Shown: piece by piece, positions 28,156-37,486 of the stretch | How the letters are laid out: each line of letters starts with the position of its first letter | Position numbering within the stretch: the stretch's first letter is position 1 | Source of the DNA: a virus | IMG/VR virus record: IMGVR_UViG_3300025133_000022 | Coordinates: 1 to 64,000 of that record | Reading direction: 5' to 3' (one strand) | DNA: 64,000 nucleotides | Program-made: the position numbers and the translations under genes | Notes under the pieces: generated by a model | Told to the model about the DNA's origin: nothing | What the model saw: only the letters and a program-made list of their open reading frames with translations | The model's database searches: none

Positions 28156-28558
28156 TCCTTCTCTTTTGTAATCTTGATTTGCAAAAGAGAAATCAGATTA
28201 TGAGGGTGGGTAAAACCACCCTCTAATTTTCTATATCAGGACAAACCATGTTTATTTCAGCCTGCCTTGCCATCTTGGTATATGCTGCTCTAAATAAAGT
28301 TTGCGACTGGCTAGAAAGAACAGGTTGCTTGTTCGCAATCTTGCTTATTTTCGCACTATCAATGTTAGCTTTTAAATGCATTGTAGCTGTTGAGCAAGAA
28401 TTCTGGAGCATTCTAAACCTCTGAGCGATGCATCGCTCATGTCGCTACGGTACACCACTGAACCGTACAGGCTTGGTAACGTCAGAAGAGCTCGAGCAAT
28501 CTTCTTGAAGTCAGCCCGACGAACTACTCACCCTCCAACGCCACCCCTGGAGATCCTC

Positions 28559-28966
28559 ATGGACATTTTCTCAGCAGGCTTTGCGCTAGCTTTCAGTGTC
28601 GTAATCAGTCTGATTGCAACCGTTCACAAACTGCCACCCTGGATGAAGGCGTGGCTTATCCGCCACCGACTCATCACAGACGTCATTGTATTCCTCGGAA
28701 TCACTGCCTTCTTGACCTTCATCAGCAAGAGTGTCATCAGTCTCATTGGTAGCACGCTTGCTACCCTGGCTGTCAGCCTTGGTCTCGAAGGTCTCGTCTG
28801 GTGGGAAAAGAGGCGACTCGAAAACGGCTTGGCTCCAATGTTTGGAAAAGCAAATCCAATTGTTGATCCCGAATCAAACTTAAAGAAAGATTCCAAACTC
28901 AGAAAACCAGCAACAATAATAAAGGCCATTTGGTATGCTTTTACAAAGCCATTGCCAAATCCTTGA
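28559..28966 (+). CDS. Membrane protein
   Basis: GGAG RBS; three TM segments. Confidence 0.7.
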   Translation: MDIFSAGFALAFSVVISLIATVHKLPPWMKAWLIRHRLITDVIVFLGITAFLTFISKSVISLIGSTLATLAVSLGLEGLVWWEKRRLENGLAPMFGKANPIVDPESNLKKDSKLRKPATIIKAIWYAFTKPLPNP

Positions 28967-29028
28967 TGCCAGAGCCCGCTAAAAGCGGGCTTTTAAATTG
29001 AGTATTCACACCGCAACACGAGTAATTC

Positions 29029-29328
29029 ATGAATATGGAACAACGAGTCACAAACCTGGTCTGCGCAACCTTGAGTGAAGAAGATGCTGTCGAATACAAA
29101 AACTTGATGGCAAAACCCCCCGACTCCCTCTCTCAAGAAGAAATCAACTTTTTGAGAGAAAAAGAAGAAACCGCCCTCACCAAGAGCCTTCAAAAAAAGG
29201 CTCTCTTTGAAGAACCACCTACCTGTACCTGCAATGCCGGTTGGTCAAGCCACCGACAGTATTGTGAGCTCTACGGCAAACCCAGTCTAGCGCAACAATT
29301 CACAAACATTTTAAATGTGCCCAAGTAA
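29029..29328 (+). CDS. Hypothetical protein with C-terminal CxC..H..C motif
   Basis: Follows class I hairpin at 28974. Confidence 0.65.
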   Translation: MNMEQRVTNLVCATLSEEDAVEYKNLMAKPPDSLSQEEINFLREKEETALTKSLQKKALFEEPPTCTCNAGWSSHRQYCELYGKPSLAQQFTNILNVPK

Positions 29329-29360
29329 GCACTGAGTCCGGCTTAGCCGGACTTTTATAT

Positions 29361-29920
29361 TGAGTGGCTTAGTCACCCCAATTCCTCTGCAAGTAATTGC
29401 CTTGACGTGGCGCAGAGGCTTTAAACTAAAATTACAGTTCTTGGCGTGTCCCCTAATCTCACGCGTCTGCCGAATTCTAGCAAATTGCCCACCAAGGGAG
29501 TATAGCAAGCTTCCAGAAGCTAGAAGCAGGAACATAAGGGGTTCGCTGGTTGAAAAGCCACGAAGTACGAAAGTACGTAGGGTAAGTCAAGGAAATAATC
29601 AAGCATCCTTGTACCTGAAGAATTTTAGCCAAAACGGCAATCGAATGGTATTCGAAGCTGATATACAAGTAGATGTAAGCCATAGTTAGGTACTTCTATA
29701 CCGGTCAATGCCCTAAGGTAGACTGCAAGAATACAGTCCTATGTTTTCTGCTGGCAACGAGTGCATGCACGGAAAGTTCAGAATTAGAACTGCACTCACC
29801 CTTACCTCTGTGGCCTAATCGGCATAGGCACACGATTCAAAACCGTGCACCCACAACAAGTACACTTAAGTGGAAAGTGAGGGGGATATGAGTTCGAAAC
29901 TCATCAGGGGTTCCACTTCT
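29361..29920 (+). ncRNA. Large structured ncRNA, ROOL-like candidate
   Basis: About 560 nt starting at the TGAG of a class I element. Many GNRA/UNCG-type hairpins; ATTGCCTTG near the 5' end, AGCTGATATACAAGTAGAT centrally, terminal AAGTGGAA/TTCCACTT stem enclosing a T-loop hairpin. Confidence 0.45.
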
Positions 29921-29938
29921 AAAAACATACAGGAAACC

Positions 29939-30208
29939 ATGTCAATTCCAAACGAACCACACTGGGCAATTATCACCACTGTAAGCACGCACATTCCTGG
30001 TGACGAACGTAGTCGAACCAACCCAGGTCACGGCTACCCCGCTCATACAGTCGAAAGCATCAACTACAAGGTGTTTACCGACCGGCAGAAATGGGAACGT
30101 GCAATTGCAGACCTGATGAAACCCAAATACGGTAATCCACGGCCATTCACAGCCATTAAGGCGATTCCTGCAAGAATTACAACCTCAGTACAAATTCAAG
30201 TTTCTTAG
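29939..30208 (+). CDS. Hypothetical protein
   Basis: AGGA RBS. Confidence 0.7.
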   Translation: MSIPNEPHWAIITTVSTHIPGDERSRTNPGHGYPAHTVESINYKVFTDRQKWERAIADLMKPKYGNPRPFTAIKAIPARITTSVQIQVS

Positions 30209-30266
30209 CCACTTGCGTGGCTCCCCTTGATCGGGTCGCTATTCAAAGCACCCGCTAAGGAGTACA

Positions 30267-30701
30267 ATGAACTTACAACAAGCACTAGCAGAAAGAAAAG
30301 CTAGAGAAATATGGCCTCACAGAAAATACTACTGGCCATTTGAAGAAGGCGTCAGCAATATGCTGCGCCATCACTATCATTCCGAGCTGCCATTACCTGA
30401 ACAAGGCGACGGTCGAAAACTCTTTCTCAAAAGCGGACTTCAACTCTCCAATGGCTATAATGGAATAATCATAGGAGATTATGGAGCCTATGTGGAGATA
30501 ACACCCGAACAAATCATCCACAGTGCCATTAAGGACAAGTTTGGAAAGAGAGGGACGCCTCGACGTCCAATCAAATACTGGTGGATGATCCCAACAGACG
30601 GCAGCAATGCCAAAATCTATGAGCAAGTACAAACAGTTTCCTACGCGGACTATCTGCCCGGAATGTTCTACATCTCTCCAGATGAACTCAAGACGCGCTA
30701 G
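30267..30701 (+). CDS. Phage hypothetical protein
   Basis: AAGGAG RBS; IIIGDYGAYVE motif. Confidence 0.75.
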   Translation: MNLQQALAERKAREIWPHRKYYWPFEEGVSNMLRHHYHSELPLPEQGDGRKLFLKSGLQLSNGYNGIIIGDYGAYVEITPEQIIHSAIKDKFGKRGTPRRPIKYWWMIPTDGSNAKIYEQVQTVSYADYLPGMFYISPDELKTR

Positions 30702-30932
30702 TTTATCTCTAGCTAGTCAGGACTGTAGTCCCTGACGAAGAAAAGGAGTGATATCCTTATGAAGCAATACCAGTAAGCCAAAACTGCAGTGATCACCAGC
30801 AGTCAAGCGAAACACTATTGTGGAAAAACTATACAGCTCTGTAAAAGCCGGCTGCAGGAGCCGTAAGATAGATAGCCGTAGAGCCCCTGGGGTCCTTGGG
30901 CTCGTAGATCGTGAATCTATCACCTGACACTA

Positions 30933-31019
30933 GGGACGGTTGCCGAGTGGTTGAAGGCACCAGACTTTTAATCTGACACAGATAATGCTGCACCATGGGT
31001 TCGAATCCCATCCGTCCCA
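30933..31019 (+). tRNA. tRNA with UUU (Lys) anticodon but a long variable arm (type II body)
   Basis: Acceptor GGGACGG/CCGTCCC-A; D arm GCCGAGTGGTTGAAGGC; anticodon loop CTTTTAA; variable region about 18 nt; T arm ATGGG-TTCGAAT-CCCAT; no encoded CCA. Confidence 0.8.
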
Positions 31020-31039
31020 CTGTTTTTCAAGAGGAACCA

Positions 31040-31324
31040 ATGACACAAAACTCTATGAACACCAAGCAGTCCGCAAATTCAAAGATAGCAATTCCTAGCA
31101 ATTGTATGGACTGTCCTGCGCATCGCGTAGTACACGATCCAGATCCAACTGATAGCTTTTGCAGAGATGACAAGGCGGTTTTGTGCGCCCACACAGCCAA
31201 CACAACCGATTCCAAAAGCTGGGCAAGCCAAACTCTGTTCCCTCACCGACCTATTACCACTAGCTGCAGGCCTTACAACAAGCGCAAAGAATGCTCTACG
31301 CCTGCCTGGTGCCCTCTTCTTTAA
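31040..31324 (+). CDS. Cys-rich hypothetical protein
   Basis: CMDCPAH..DD..V.C...P.WCPL. Confidence 0.7.
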   Translation: MTQNSMNTKQSANSKIAIPSNCMDCPAHRVVHDPDPTDSFCRDDKAVLCAHTANTTDSKSWASQTLFPHRPITTSCRPYNKRKECSTPAWCPLL

Positions 31325-31365
31325 CCAAAACTCACAACACTTAAAAAGACAGAGAAAAAATAACA

Positions 31366-32568
31366 ATGCAAACCGAAACCACCATCAATAAGCCCCACTT
31401 CAACATCGGCACCATCGGTCACGTCGACCATGGCAAGACCACGCTGACTGCGGCGATCAGCGCAACCCTGGCCAGCCAGAACGGCGCCAAAGCTGTTGAC
31501 TTCGATCAGATCGACAACGCCCCTGAAGAGAAGGCTCGCGGTATCACCATCAACACCGCACACATCCAGTACGAGACCAGCACGCGTGAGTACGCCCACA
31601 TGGACTGTCCAGGTCACGCCGATTACATCAAGAACATGATCACCGGTGCAGCCCAGATGGACGGCGCTATCCTGCTCGTCGATGGCTCTCAGGGTCCTGA
31701 ACCCCAGACCATCGAGCACATCCTGCTCGCGCGTCAAGTCGGCGTAAAGCACATGGTTGTGTTTGTCAACAAGTGTGACATGCAAGAAGACCCTGAAATC
31801 CTCGAGCTTGTTCAGATGGAAGCCGAAGAGATCCTAGAGAGCAACGACTTCGAAAACGTCACCTTCGTCTTCGGCTCTGCTCTCAAGGCCCTGGAAGCCA
31901 TCCAAGGTGGCGCAGACCACACGGATCCAGCATGCGCATGCATCCTGGACTTGATGCATGCAATCGATCTCATCAAACAGCCCGAGCGAGACCTAAACAG
32001 CCCATTTCGCATGAGCATCGAAGACGTCTTCTCCATCAAAGGCAGAGGAACCGTCGTCACTGGATGTGTCGATCGCGGCAGTGTCAAAGTCGGAGACAAA
32101 GTCGAAATCATCGGCTTTGGAGAAGAACGTGAAGTCGTGGTAACGGGCACGCAGGCATTCCGTAAGGACATCCCTGCTGCCGAAGCCGGCATGAATGTCG
32201 GTCTACTTCTCCGTGGCGTCGCCAAGGACGAAATCAGTACTGGTCAAGTCATGGCGTTCCCCGGCTCCATCAAAAGCTATAAGAATTTCACTTGTGACTT
32301 CTTGACACTAACAGCAGAAGAAGGTGGACGAGTTCATCCGTTCAAACCCGGCTACAAGCCCCAGTTCTTCTTCGGCACAACAAATGTCACCGGCACCATC
32401 CAGACCATCGACAAAGATGGTGTTGAACAGCCGATCTGCACCCCAGGTGACCGCATCACCTGCAACGTAGAGCTGATGAAAGATGCAGGCATGGACGTAG
32501 GTACTCGTTTTGCAGTTCGAGAAGGCAGCCGTACCATCGGTGCAGGTATGATCACCGCTGTCAAGTAA
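31366..32568 (+). CDS. tuf: Elongation factor Tu (divergent)
   Basis: [74 protein letters not shown]. Confidence 0.95.
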   Translation: MQTETTINKPHFNIGTIGHVDHGKTTLTAAISATLASQNGAKAVDFDQIDNAPEEKARGITINTAHIQYETSTREYAHMDCPGHADYIKNMITGAAQMDGAILLVDGSQGPEPQTIEHILLARQVGVKHMVVFVNKCDMQEDPEILELVQMEAEEILESNDFENVTFVFGSALKALEAIQGGADHTDPACACILDLMHAIDLIKQPERDLNSPFRMSIEDVFSIKGRGTVVTGCVDRGSVKVGDKVEIIGFGEEREVVVTGTQAFRKDIPAAEAGMNVGLLLRGVAKDEISTGQVMAFPGSIKSYKNFTCDFLTLTAEEGGRVHPFKPGYKPQFFFGTTNVTGTIQTIDKDGVEQPICTPGDRITCNVELMKDAGMDVGTRFAVREGSRTIGAGMITAVK

Positions 32569-32585
32569 ACTCCTTTGGAGTTAGA

Positions 32586-32614
32586 GCCCCGCTTAGCGGG
32601 GCTTCTTTTGTGAG
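32586..32614 (+). promoter_or_regulatory. Class I hairpin element
   Basis: GCCCCGC-TTA-GCGGGGC TTCTTTTG TGAG. Confidence 0.55.
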
Positions 32615-32792
32615 CGGCATAACGCCGACAACCTAACATTTTCAGGCACAACCGAAAAAGCAGGTGTTGTGGCGACACCTGCCCTGGTGGTGAAACTAGT
32701 CCGGAGTAACTCAAACAGAAGCTGCCACGCTTCAGCTCGAGCCAAATGGACCGGTGGATCCACCTAGGTACTCCCTTTGCCCAGAGTACACT

Positions 32793-33515
32793 ATGAACCT
32801 CTCTCTCATCTGCAACGACAAGACTCTCCAAACAGTCACTCACCGCAGAACCACCTTCTTCGTCGTTGAAGAACACATGCGTGGAAAGCCCTTCGTGGCT
32901 CGTGTCACCAACAAACATAATGGCCGCGTTGCCTTTTTTATGTCTATGGACGGTGTCTGTGTTCAGACCGGCAACACAGACTGGACTAACTACCGCCAAG
33001 ACTGTCGAGCCTACCTACTGGATCAACATCGCAGCCAAGATGTCAAAGGCATCCGCACCAGCCAACACACCGAAGGCGAATTCGTCTTCACTGAAGAAGC
33101 ACGCAGTTACGCAACTGCAATTGGAAGCAGCACCAACGCCAAAGGCAGTATTGGACTCATCAGCTGGAGCGAATACGTTGTTCCGAACAAGCCTTCATAC
33201 CTGACTCCACGTACCCGCATGAGTCAAGGGCTTGAAAGCATGGGCGGAGGGCTTGAAAGCATGGGCGGAAGGTTCGAATCTCTTCGCAGCACCGAAAAGG
33301 GTGTCGGTGTTGGCATGGGACGCGACGTGCAAAGCAACGTCCGCACTGCCGAATTCGAATGGGGTCACATGCTGAATCAAACAACCTACCGATACGCAAC
33401 TCGCGCTCAGCTGATAAGTTGGGGGATTCTATATCCCGAGATTCCTGCCGTCGATGCATTCCCCAAACCTGCTCAATACGCAGCTCGAGTGAATACAAAC
33501 CCCTACGAAGAGTAG
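32793..33515 (+). CDS. Hypothetical protein
   Basis: 240 aa with an in-frame GLESMGG tandem duplication. Confidence 0.7.
   Translation: MNLSLICNDKTLQTVTHRRTTFFVVEEHMRGKPFVARVTNKHNGRVAFFMSMDGVCVQTGNTDWTNYRQDCRAYLLDQHRSQDVKGIRTSQHTEGEFVFTEEARSYATAIGSSTNAKGSIGLISWSEYVVPNKPSYLTPRTRMSQGLESMGGGLESMGGRFESLRSTEKGVGVGMGRDVQSNVRTAEFEWGHMLNQTTYRYATRAQLISWGILYPEIPAVDAFPKPAQYAARVNTNPYEE
33228..33269 (+). repeat. 21-nt tandem duplication within CDS
   Basis: GGGCTTGAAAGCATGGGCGGA x2. Confidence 0.85.
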
Positions 33516-33529
33516 ATTCTGCAAAACTA

Positions 33530-33558
33530 GGCGTGCGTAGCACGCCTTCTTAGTTGAG
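33530..33558 (+). promoter_or_regulatory. Class I hairpin element
   Basis: GGCGTGC-GTA-GCACGCC TTCTTAGT TGAG. Confidence 0.55.
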
Positions 33559-33578
33559 AGCTGCAACAGGAGCTCCCA

Positions 33579-33971
33579 ATGATAACAATTTTCCACTGGA
33601 AAGCCATTGGATATGATCCAACAAATCGATTCCCCAACGGCTTCCACATTTTGTTCGATTACGACGCACCCAAGTACATCGTAATTCTAACGCTTCAACA
33701 CCTTCTGGGATACATGCCCTACATAACGGATGCATTTCCGTTTAGTGATCTTCTTCCAGAAGCGACTCTTGACCAAGAAAGTCTAACTTGGAAACTGAAC
33801 AAATCATTATTTGTTCAATCTAAGCAAATGCAATCAAAAGTCATCCCAGCAGGAACCGTAGTAAAGCATCAACTTTGCCACGAATTGCTATTCTCCCCAA
33901 CAGAAAGAGAAAAATGGAACTCACAGCAAAAGGCGCCAGCGCCAACATCCCTCCCAACGTCGCCAGTCTGA
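33579..33971 (+). CDS. Hypothetical protein
   Basis: 130 aa; 3' end overlaps the next gene. Confidence 0.5.
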   Translation: MITIFHWKAIGYDPTNRFPNGFHILFDYDAPKYIVILTLQHLLGYMPYITDAFPFSDLLPEATLDQESLTWKLNKSLFVQSKQMQSKVIPAGTVVKHQLCHELLFSPTEREKWNSQQKAPAPTSLPTSPV

Positions 33972-34465
33972 ACATCTTCCTGAGTTGGCAGAAGCCAGTC
34001 GATTTCGACCTGCTGATCATCGGCCAGAGATCCGATGGCTCCCACCACGCCTTCTACTTCGGCAACAAAACCGGTACGGGTATTCAGCTCGGCGAAGATG
34101 CTGGTGTGGGTGACTCCGGAGACAGCAACAACGAAGAAGCCACCATCGATGCCAGCTTCTGGGACACCTACGAAAAAGCACTGGTCGGAATCATCGACTA
34201 TCCAAACGTCAGCGCCGGACAGAACGGACGGTTCGACACCGACACCCCGACAGTCATGGTCATGGGCATGGATGCTGGTGGCTCTCAGGTGGTTGACCAC
34301 CTGGCACGCCCAGATGGTGGAACACTCGATGGCAATGCCTATGCGGTGGCCAAGCTCACCCGCAGTGGCCCTGTCACCCGCTTCGAGGTCGTAAGCGAAG
34401 AAACCCTTCTGAAGGGTTTCGACGGTACAGCCATCGAAAACTGGGCCAGAGGCATTCTCGCCTAA
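33914..34465 (+). CDS. TerD/TerA-like stress protein
   Basis: L.W..VDFDL, FYFGN, I.LG.DAGVGD..D.NNEE. Confidence 0.75.
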   Translation: MELTAKGASANIPPNVASLNIFLSWQKPVDFDLLIIGQRSDGSHHAFYFGNKTGTGIQLGEDAGVGDSGDSNNEEATIDASFWDTYEKALVGIIDYPNVSAGQNGRFDTDTPTVMVMGMDAGGSQVVDHLARPDGGTLDGNAYAVAKLTRSGPVTRFEVVSEETLLKGFDGTAIENWARGILA

Positions 34466-34592
34466 AGCTACTAGTTTCAGTCGAAACACATAGCTCACAA
34501 ACCGGGGTGCGTAGCACCCCCTTTTCTTCGGGCTTGATTAAAGCCATTCGAATTAAATCTCCTACAACTTCCTCCAACAGTTGAGACTCACA

Positions 34593-35003
34593 ATGACAAT
34601 CGTGACCCTTCTCTCCCTCGTAAGTGCAACCTTGACCGCCTTGAGTGCCTCTGTCAAGGCCGATGGTGTCGTCGACGCCGACGAAGTCAACTCCCTCGAA
34701 AGCGAAATCTACGCCGACGGGTCTGTCGATGCTGAAGAAGTCGCTGTCCTCTTCGACATCGCCGACAACTGCACCTATGACTCCAACTTCGAGAACCTCG
34801 TCAGTCGCGCCGTGCGCGACTGGGCCTACGCCGATGGCTCTGTCGATGCCAGCGAAGCCACCCACCTCCGCTCCTTCATCGAAGCCGACGGTGAGTACTC
34901 GGATCTCGAGATCCGCATCCTCAACGAGATCTTGAACTCCGGAGCCAGCATGCCCGACGACTTCAAGAGCTGGGCCAGCGGCATCGTGAACCATCCTGAT
35001 TGA
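34593..35003 (+). CDS. TerB-like protein with acidic ADGxxDxxE repeats
   Basis: ADGVVDADEV, ADGSVDAEEV, ADGSVDASEA, ADGEYSDLE. Confidence 0.65.
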   Translation: MTIVTLLSLVSATLTALSASVKADGVVDADEVNSLESEIYADGSVDAEEVAVLFDIADNCTYDSNFENLVSRAVRDWAYADGSVDASEATHLRSFIEADGEYSDLEIRILNEILNSGASMPDDFKSWASGIVNHPD

Positions 35004-35088
35004 TTTGTATCAAATCAAACCTGAAGCCCCTGCCACGGCAGGGGCTTCTTGTTGTGAATTCTTTCCAGCTTCAACCCCAAGGACCACT

Positions 35089-35871
35089 ATGAAACTTACA
35101 TCAAAGACAGCAAAAGATAAAAACATGAACCGCATGGTTCTACAAGCCAAAACCACTGCAGCCAAAAAAGGCTTATTCAATCGCAAAGCCCAAGTTTATC
35201 TTAGCATTGATACCAGTGGTAGCATGCGCGACCACTATCGTAGTGGACGCGTACAAGAAATCGTCGAGCGCATGCTGGCCATCGCCCTAAACTTTGATGA
35301 TGACAAAGAAATTCGTATCTTTGCCTTTGGTACACAGCCTGTTGACTGTGGCGTAGTCACCATGAAGAACTACCACGAGTGCGTGGTCTACAACCCCAGT
35401 CGTAGCGTCACCATCAACGGCACCAATATCCGTCTTACCGGCACCAACTACGCTCCAGTATTCGAAGCTGTACTTCAAGACGCCTTCGGCATCAACTGGG
35501 AAACACTCAACAACCCCAAAGGGCTTTTTGGCTTCGGCAAAACCAAGAGCAGTCGCCCTAGTGTCAAGAACCCCTTGGACAACCCGGTCTTTCACTTGTT
35601 CGTCACCGACGGCGAGTGCGCAGACCGAAACGCCTCTCTAGCCATTGTAGACAAGAGCAGTAAGCTGCCGATGTTCACTCAGTTTGCAGGCTTCGGAAGG
35701 GATTTCCACACCCTAAGTCAAATTGACAACATGCAAGGTCGCTATGTCGACAATGCTGGAGTCTTCACGGCCTCCAGCCTGAATATCACTGATCAACAAC
35801 TGTTTGACGGCATGTTAAACGAATTTCCCGACTGGCTTCGGGCTACCTCAAACAAAGGCTGGTACAAATGA
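35089..35871 (+). CDS. vWA domain protein (TerF-associated type)
   Basis: MIDAS DTSGS, TNYAP, FVTDG, FTQFAGFG, GRYVDNA. Confidence 0.85.
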   Translation: MKLTSKTAKDKNMNRMVLQAKTTAAKKGLFNRKAQVYLSIDTSGSMRDHYRSGRVQEIVERMLAIALNFDDDKEIRIFAFGTQPVDCGVVTMKNYHECVVYNPSRSVTINGTNIRLTGTNYAPVFEAVLQDAFGINWETLNNPKGLFGFGKTKSSRPSVKNPLDNPVFHLFVTDGECADRNASLAIVDKSSKLPMFTQFAGFGRDFHTLSQIDNMQGRYVDNAGVFTASSLNITDQQLFDGMLNEFPDWLRATSNKGWYK

Positions 35872-36164
35872 ATACAGAAACCACAGAAGCTAAAGCTACT
35901 GTGGAGAAGGTGCCCGAGAAGAAAGCCGTCAAGAAGATACAATTCACCTTCGAAGATGGCACAGTCACCAGGCTGTGCTTTGATTACCAAGAGTGGTGGG
36001 TTGAAGATGGCGAAGGCGTCATCCTGGAGCCAGATGGTAAAAACGAGTTCTATAAGAACTCAGCCAACATCACAGGCTACTTAACTGAAATGGCTGGCTG
36101 GGGATACCTCATCCAGCCAATGTTCGGTCCTAAATTCATGCTAACGCCACCTGAAGCTCAGTAG
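35868..36164 (+). CDS. Hypothetical protein
   Basis: ATGA overlap. Confidence 0.65.
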   Translation: MNTETTEAKATVEKVPEKKAVKKIQFTFEDGTVTRLCFDYQEWWVEDGEGVILEPDGKNEFYKNSANITGYLTEMAGWGYLIQPMFGPKFMLTPPEAQ

Positions 36165-36169
36165 TTCAA

Positions 36170-36198
36170 GCCCGCCTAAGGCGGGCTTCTTAATTGAG
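36170..36198 (+). promoter_or_regulatory. Class I hairpin element
   Basis: GCCCGCC-TAA-GGCGGGC TTCTTAAT TGAG. Confidence 0.55.
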
Positions 36199-36320
36199 TC
36201 AGAAGAGAGCCCTAAGGTCCTATGGGCTATATCTCTAAGCTGCTGTAGTAGACATGTAATCACATGTCAGACACGATAAATAGCTGGCGTAGGCGCGATC
36301 CAGCCTGACTCATCTTTTTT
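36195..36320 (+). ncRNA. Multibranch structured RNA or leader upstream of the antiporter
   Basis: TGAGTCAG/CTGACTCA closing stem, three internal hairpins, then TCTTTTTT. Confidence 0.45.
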
Positions 36321-36345
36321 AAAACTTCCTTCTACTGAGGTTCAC

Positions 36346-37428
36346 TTGGAAGCACTCTATCCTCTATTTATGATTCTTATCGCTTGTGTCGGCATCATGT
36401 ATGCCTGCAACCTGTTCGAGCAAGCCTCTGACTACCTTGGCCGAAATATGGCCCCTGGTGTTAAAGGCGCGACCATAAATGCCATTGGCAGCTCTCTTCC
36501 AGAGCTGTTCACTACACTCATTCTGCTCTTCTTTTACAAAGACATGGATGGGTTTACTGGTGGAGTCGCGACAACTGCAGGCTCAGCAGTCTTTAACGCT
36601 GTTCTCATACCTGCAAGTGTAATTCTAGCCGTCACAGTCTGGAAAGCAACTACCAGCGATATCAAGATTAGTCGACCGGTCCTCCTGCGAGACGGCTTCT
36701 TCGTCATCGTAGCCGAGCTTGCCCTGATCTTCTTCCTGGGTGCAGCTGAACTAACTACCTGGATGGGTTTGGTCCTCATGAGCATCTACGGTGCGTACTT
36801 CACGTACTTGATGATACAAAACCTACACCACGAAGAAGAAAATGAGAAAGAAGACGAACACCTAGTAGCCCTGGGATTCTGGCAAGACCTTTGGACCGGC
36901 ACCACCGGCAAGGATGACATTGGCTTTGACAAAGGCCCCGATAGCAGTGCATTGCACGGGGACTTGCGTGCATGGATCTTCTTAAGCCTGGCTACCAGCG
37001 CAGTTGGTGCATTCTGTCACCTGCTGGCTCACGCCACCGTTAGTCTAGCTACTATCTGGGAAGTGCCGTTGTTTATCACAACAGTCGTCTTCGCAGCAGC
37101 AGCAACCAGCGTTCCAGACACAATCATCAGCATCAAGGATGCACTCAAGGGCGAGTACGAAGATGCTGTTGCCAATGCCATTGGCAGCAATATCTTTGAT
37201 GTCTGCTTTTCCCTAGGGTTGCCCCTGGCACTTTACACAATTGTCTACGGTCCTGTACACCTTCAAGGCGGAGCGGAAATACAAGTTCTCCGCTGGGTAA
37301 TGCTTGGTTTCACCCTGGTCGTCCTTGCCGTATTTCTCAAAGGTAAAGTTGGTAAAAAAGCTGGCTACACAATGCTTGGCATGTACTTCAGCTGGTTAAG
37401 CTATATCGCATACATTGCTTTTAGCTAA
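36346..37428 (+). CDS. Ca2+/cation (Na+/Ca2+) exchanger, CaCA/YrbG family
   Basis: Alpha-1 repeat GATINAIGSSLPELF and alpha-2 repeat AAATSVPD...NAIGSNIFD; about 10 TM. Confidence 0.9.
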   Translation: MEALYPLFMILIACVGIMYACNLFEQASDYLGRNMAPGVKGATINAIGSSLPELFTTLILLFFYKDMDGFTGGVATTAGSAVFNAVLIPASVILAVTVWKATTSDIKISRPVLLRDGFFVIVAELALIFFLGAAELTTWMGLVLMSIYGAYFTYLMIQNLHHEEENEKEDEHLVALGFWQDLWTGTTGKDDIGFDKGPDSSALHGDLRAWIFLSLATSAVGAFCHLLAHATVSLATIWEVPLFITTVVFAAAATSVPDTIISIKDALKGEYEDAVANAIGSNIFDVCFSLGLPLALYTIVYGPVHLQGGAEIQVLRWVMLGFTLVVLAVFLKGKVGKKAGYTMLGMYFSWLSYIAYIAFS

Positions 37429-37486
37429 TATTAAAGTGGGACAATGCGTCCCACTTCTTAATTGAAACACAAACAGAAGAGAATTA

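Noticed and set aside
27945-28184. 79-aa minus-strand ORF
   Set aside because: TTG start without RBS, antisense to the structured RNA region; likely spurious.
30735-30815. Hammerhead ribozyme (CTGACGA...CGAAAC)
   Set aside because: Stem II would be implausibly long and no stem I/III with an NUH site could be built.
31321-34994. Antisense ORFs over tuf, terD-like and terB-like genes
   Set aside because: Same shadow effect; the plus-strand products have clear family motifs.
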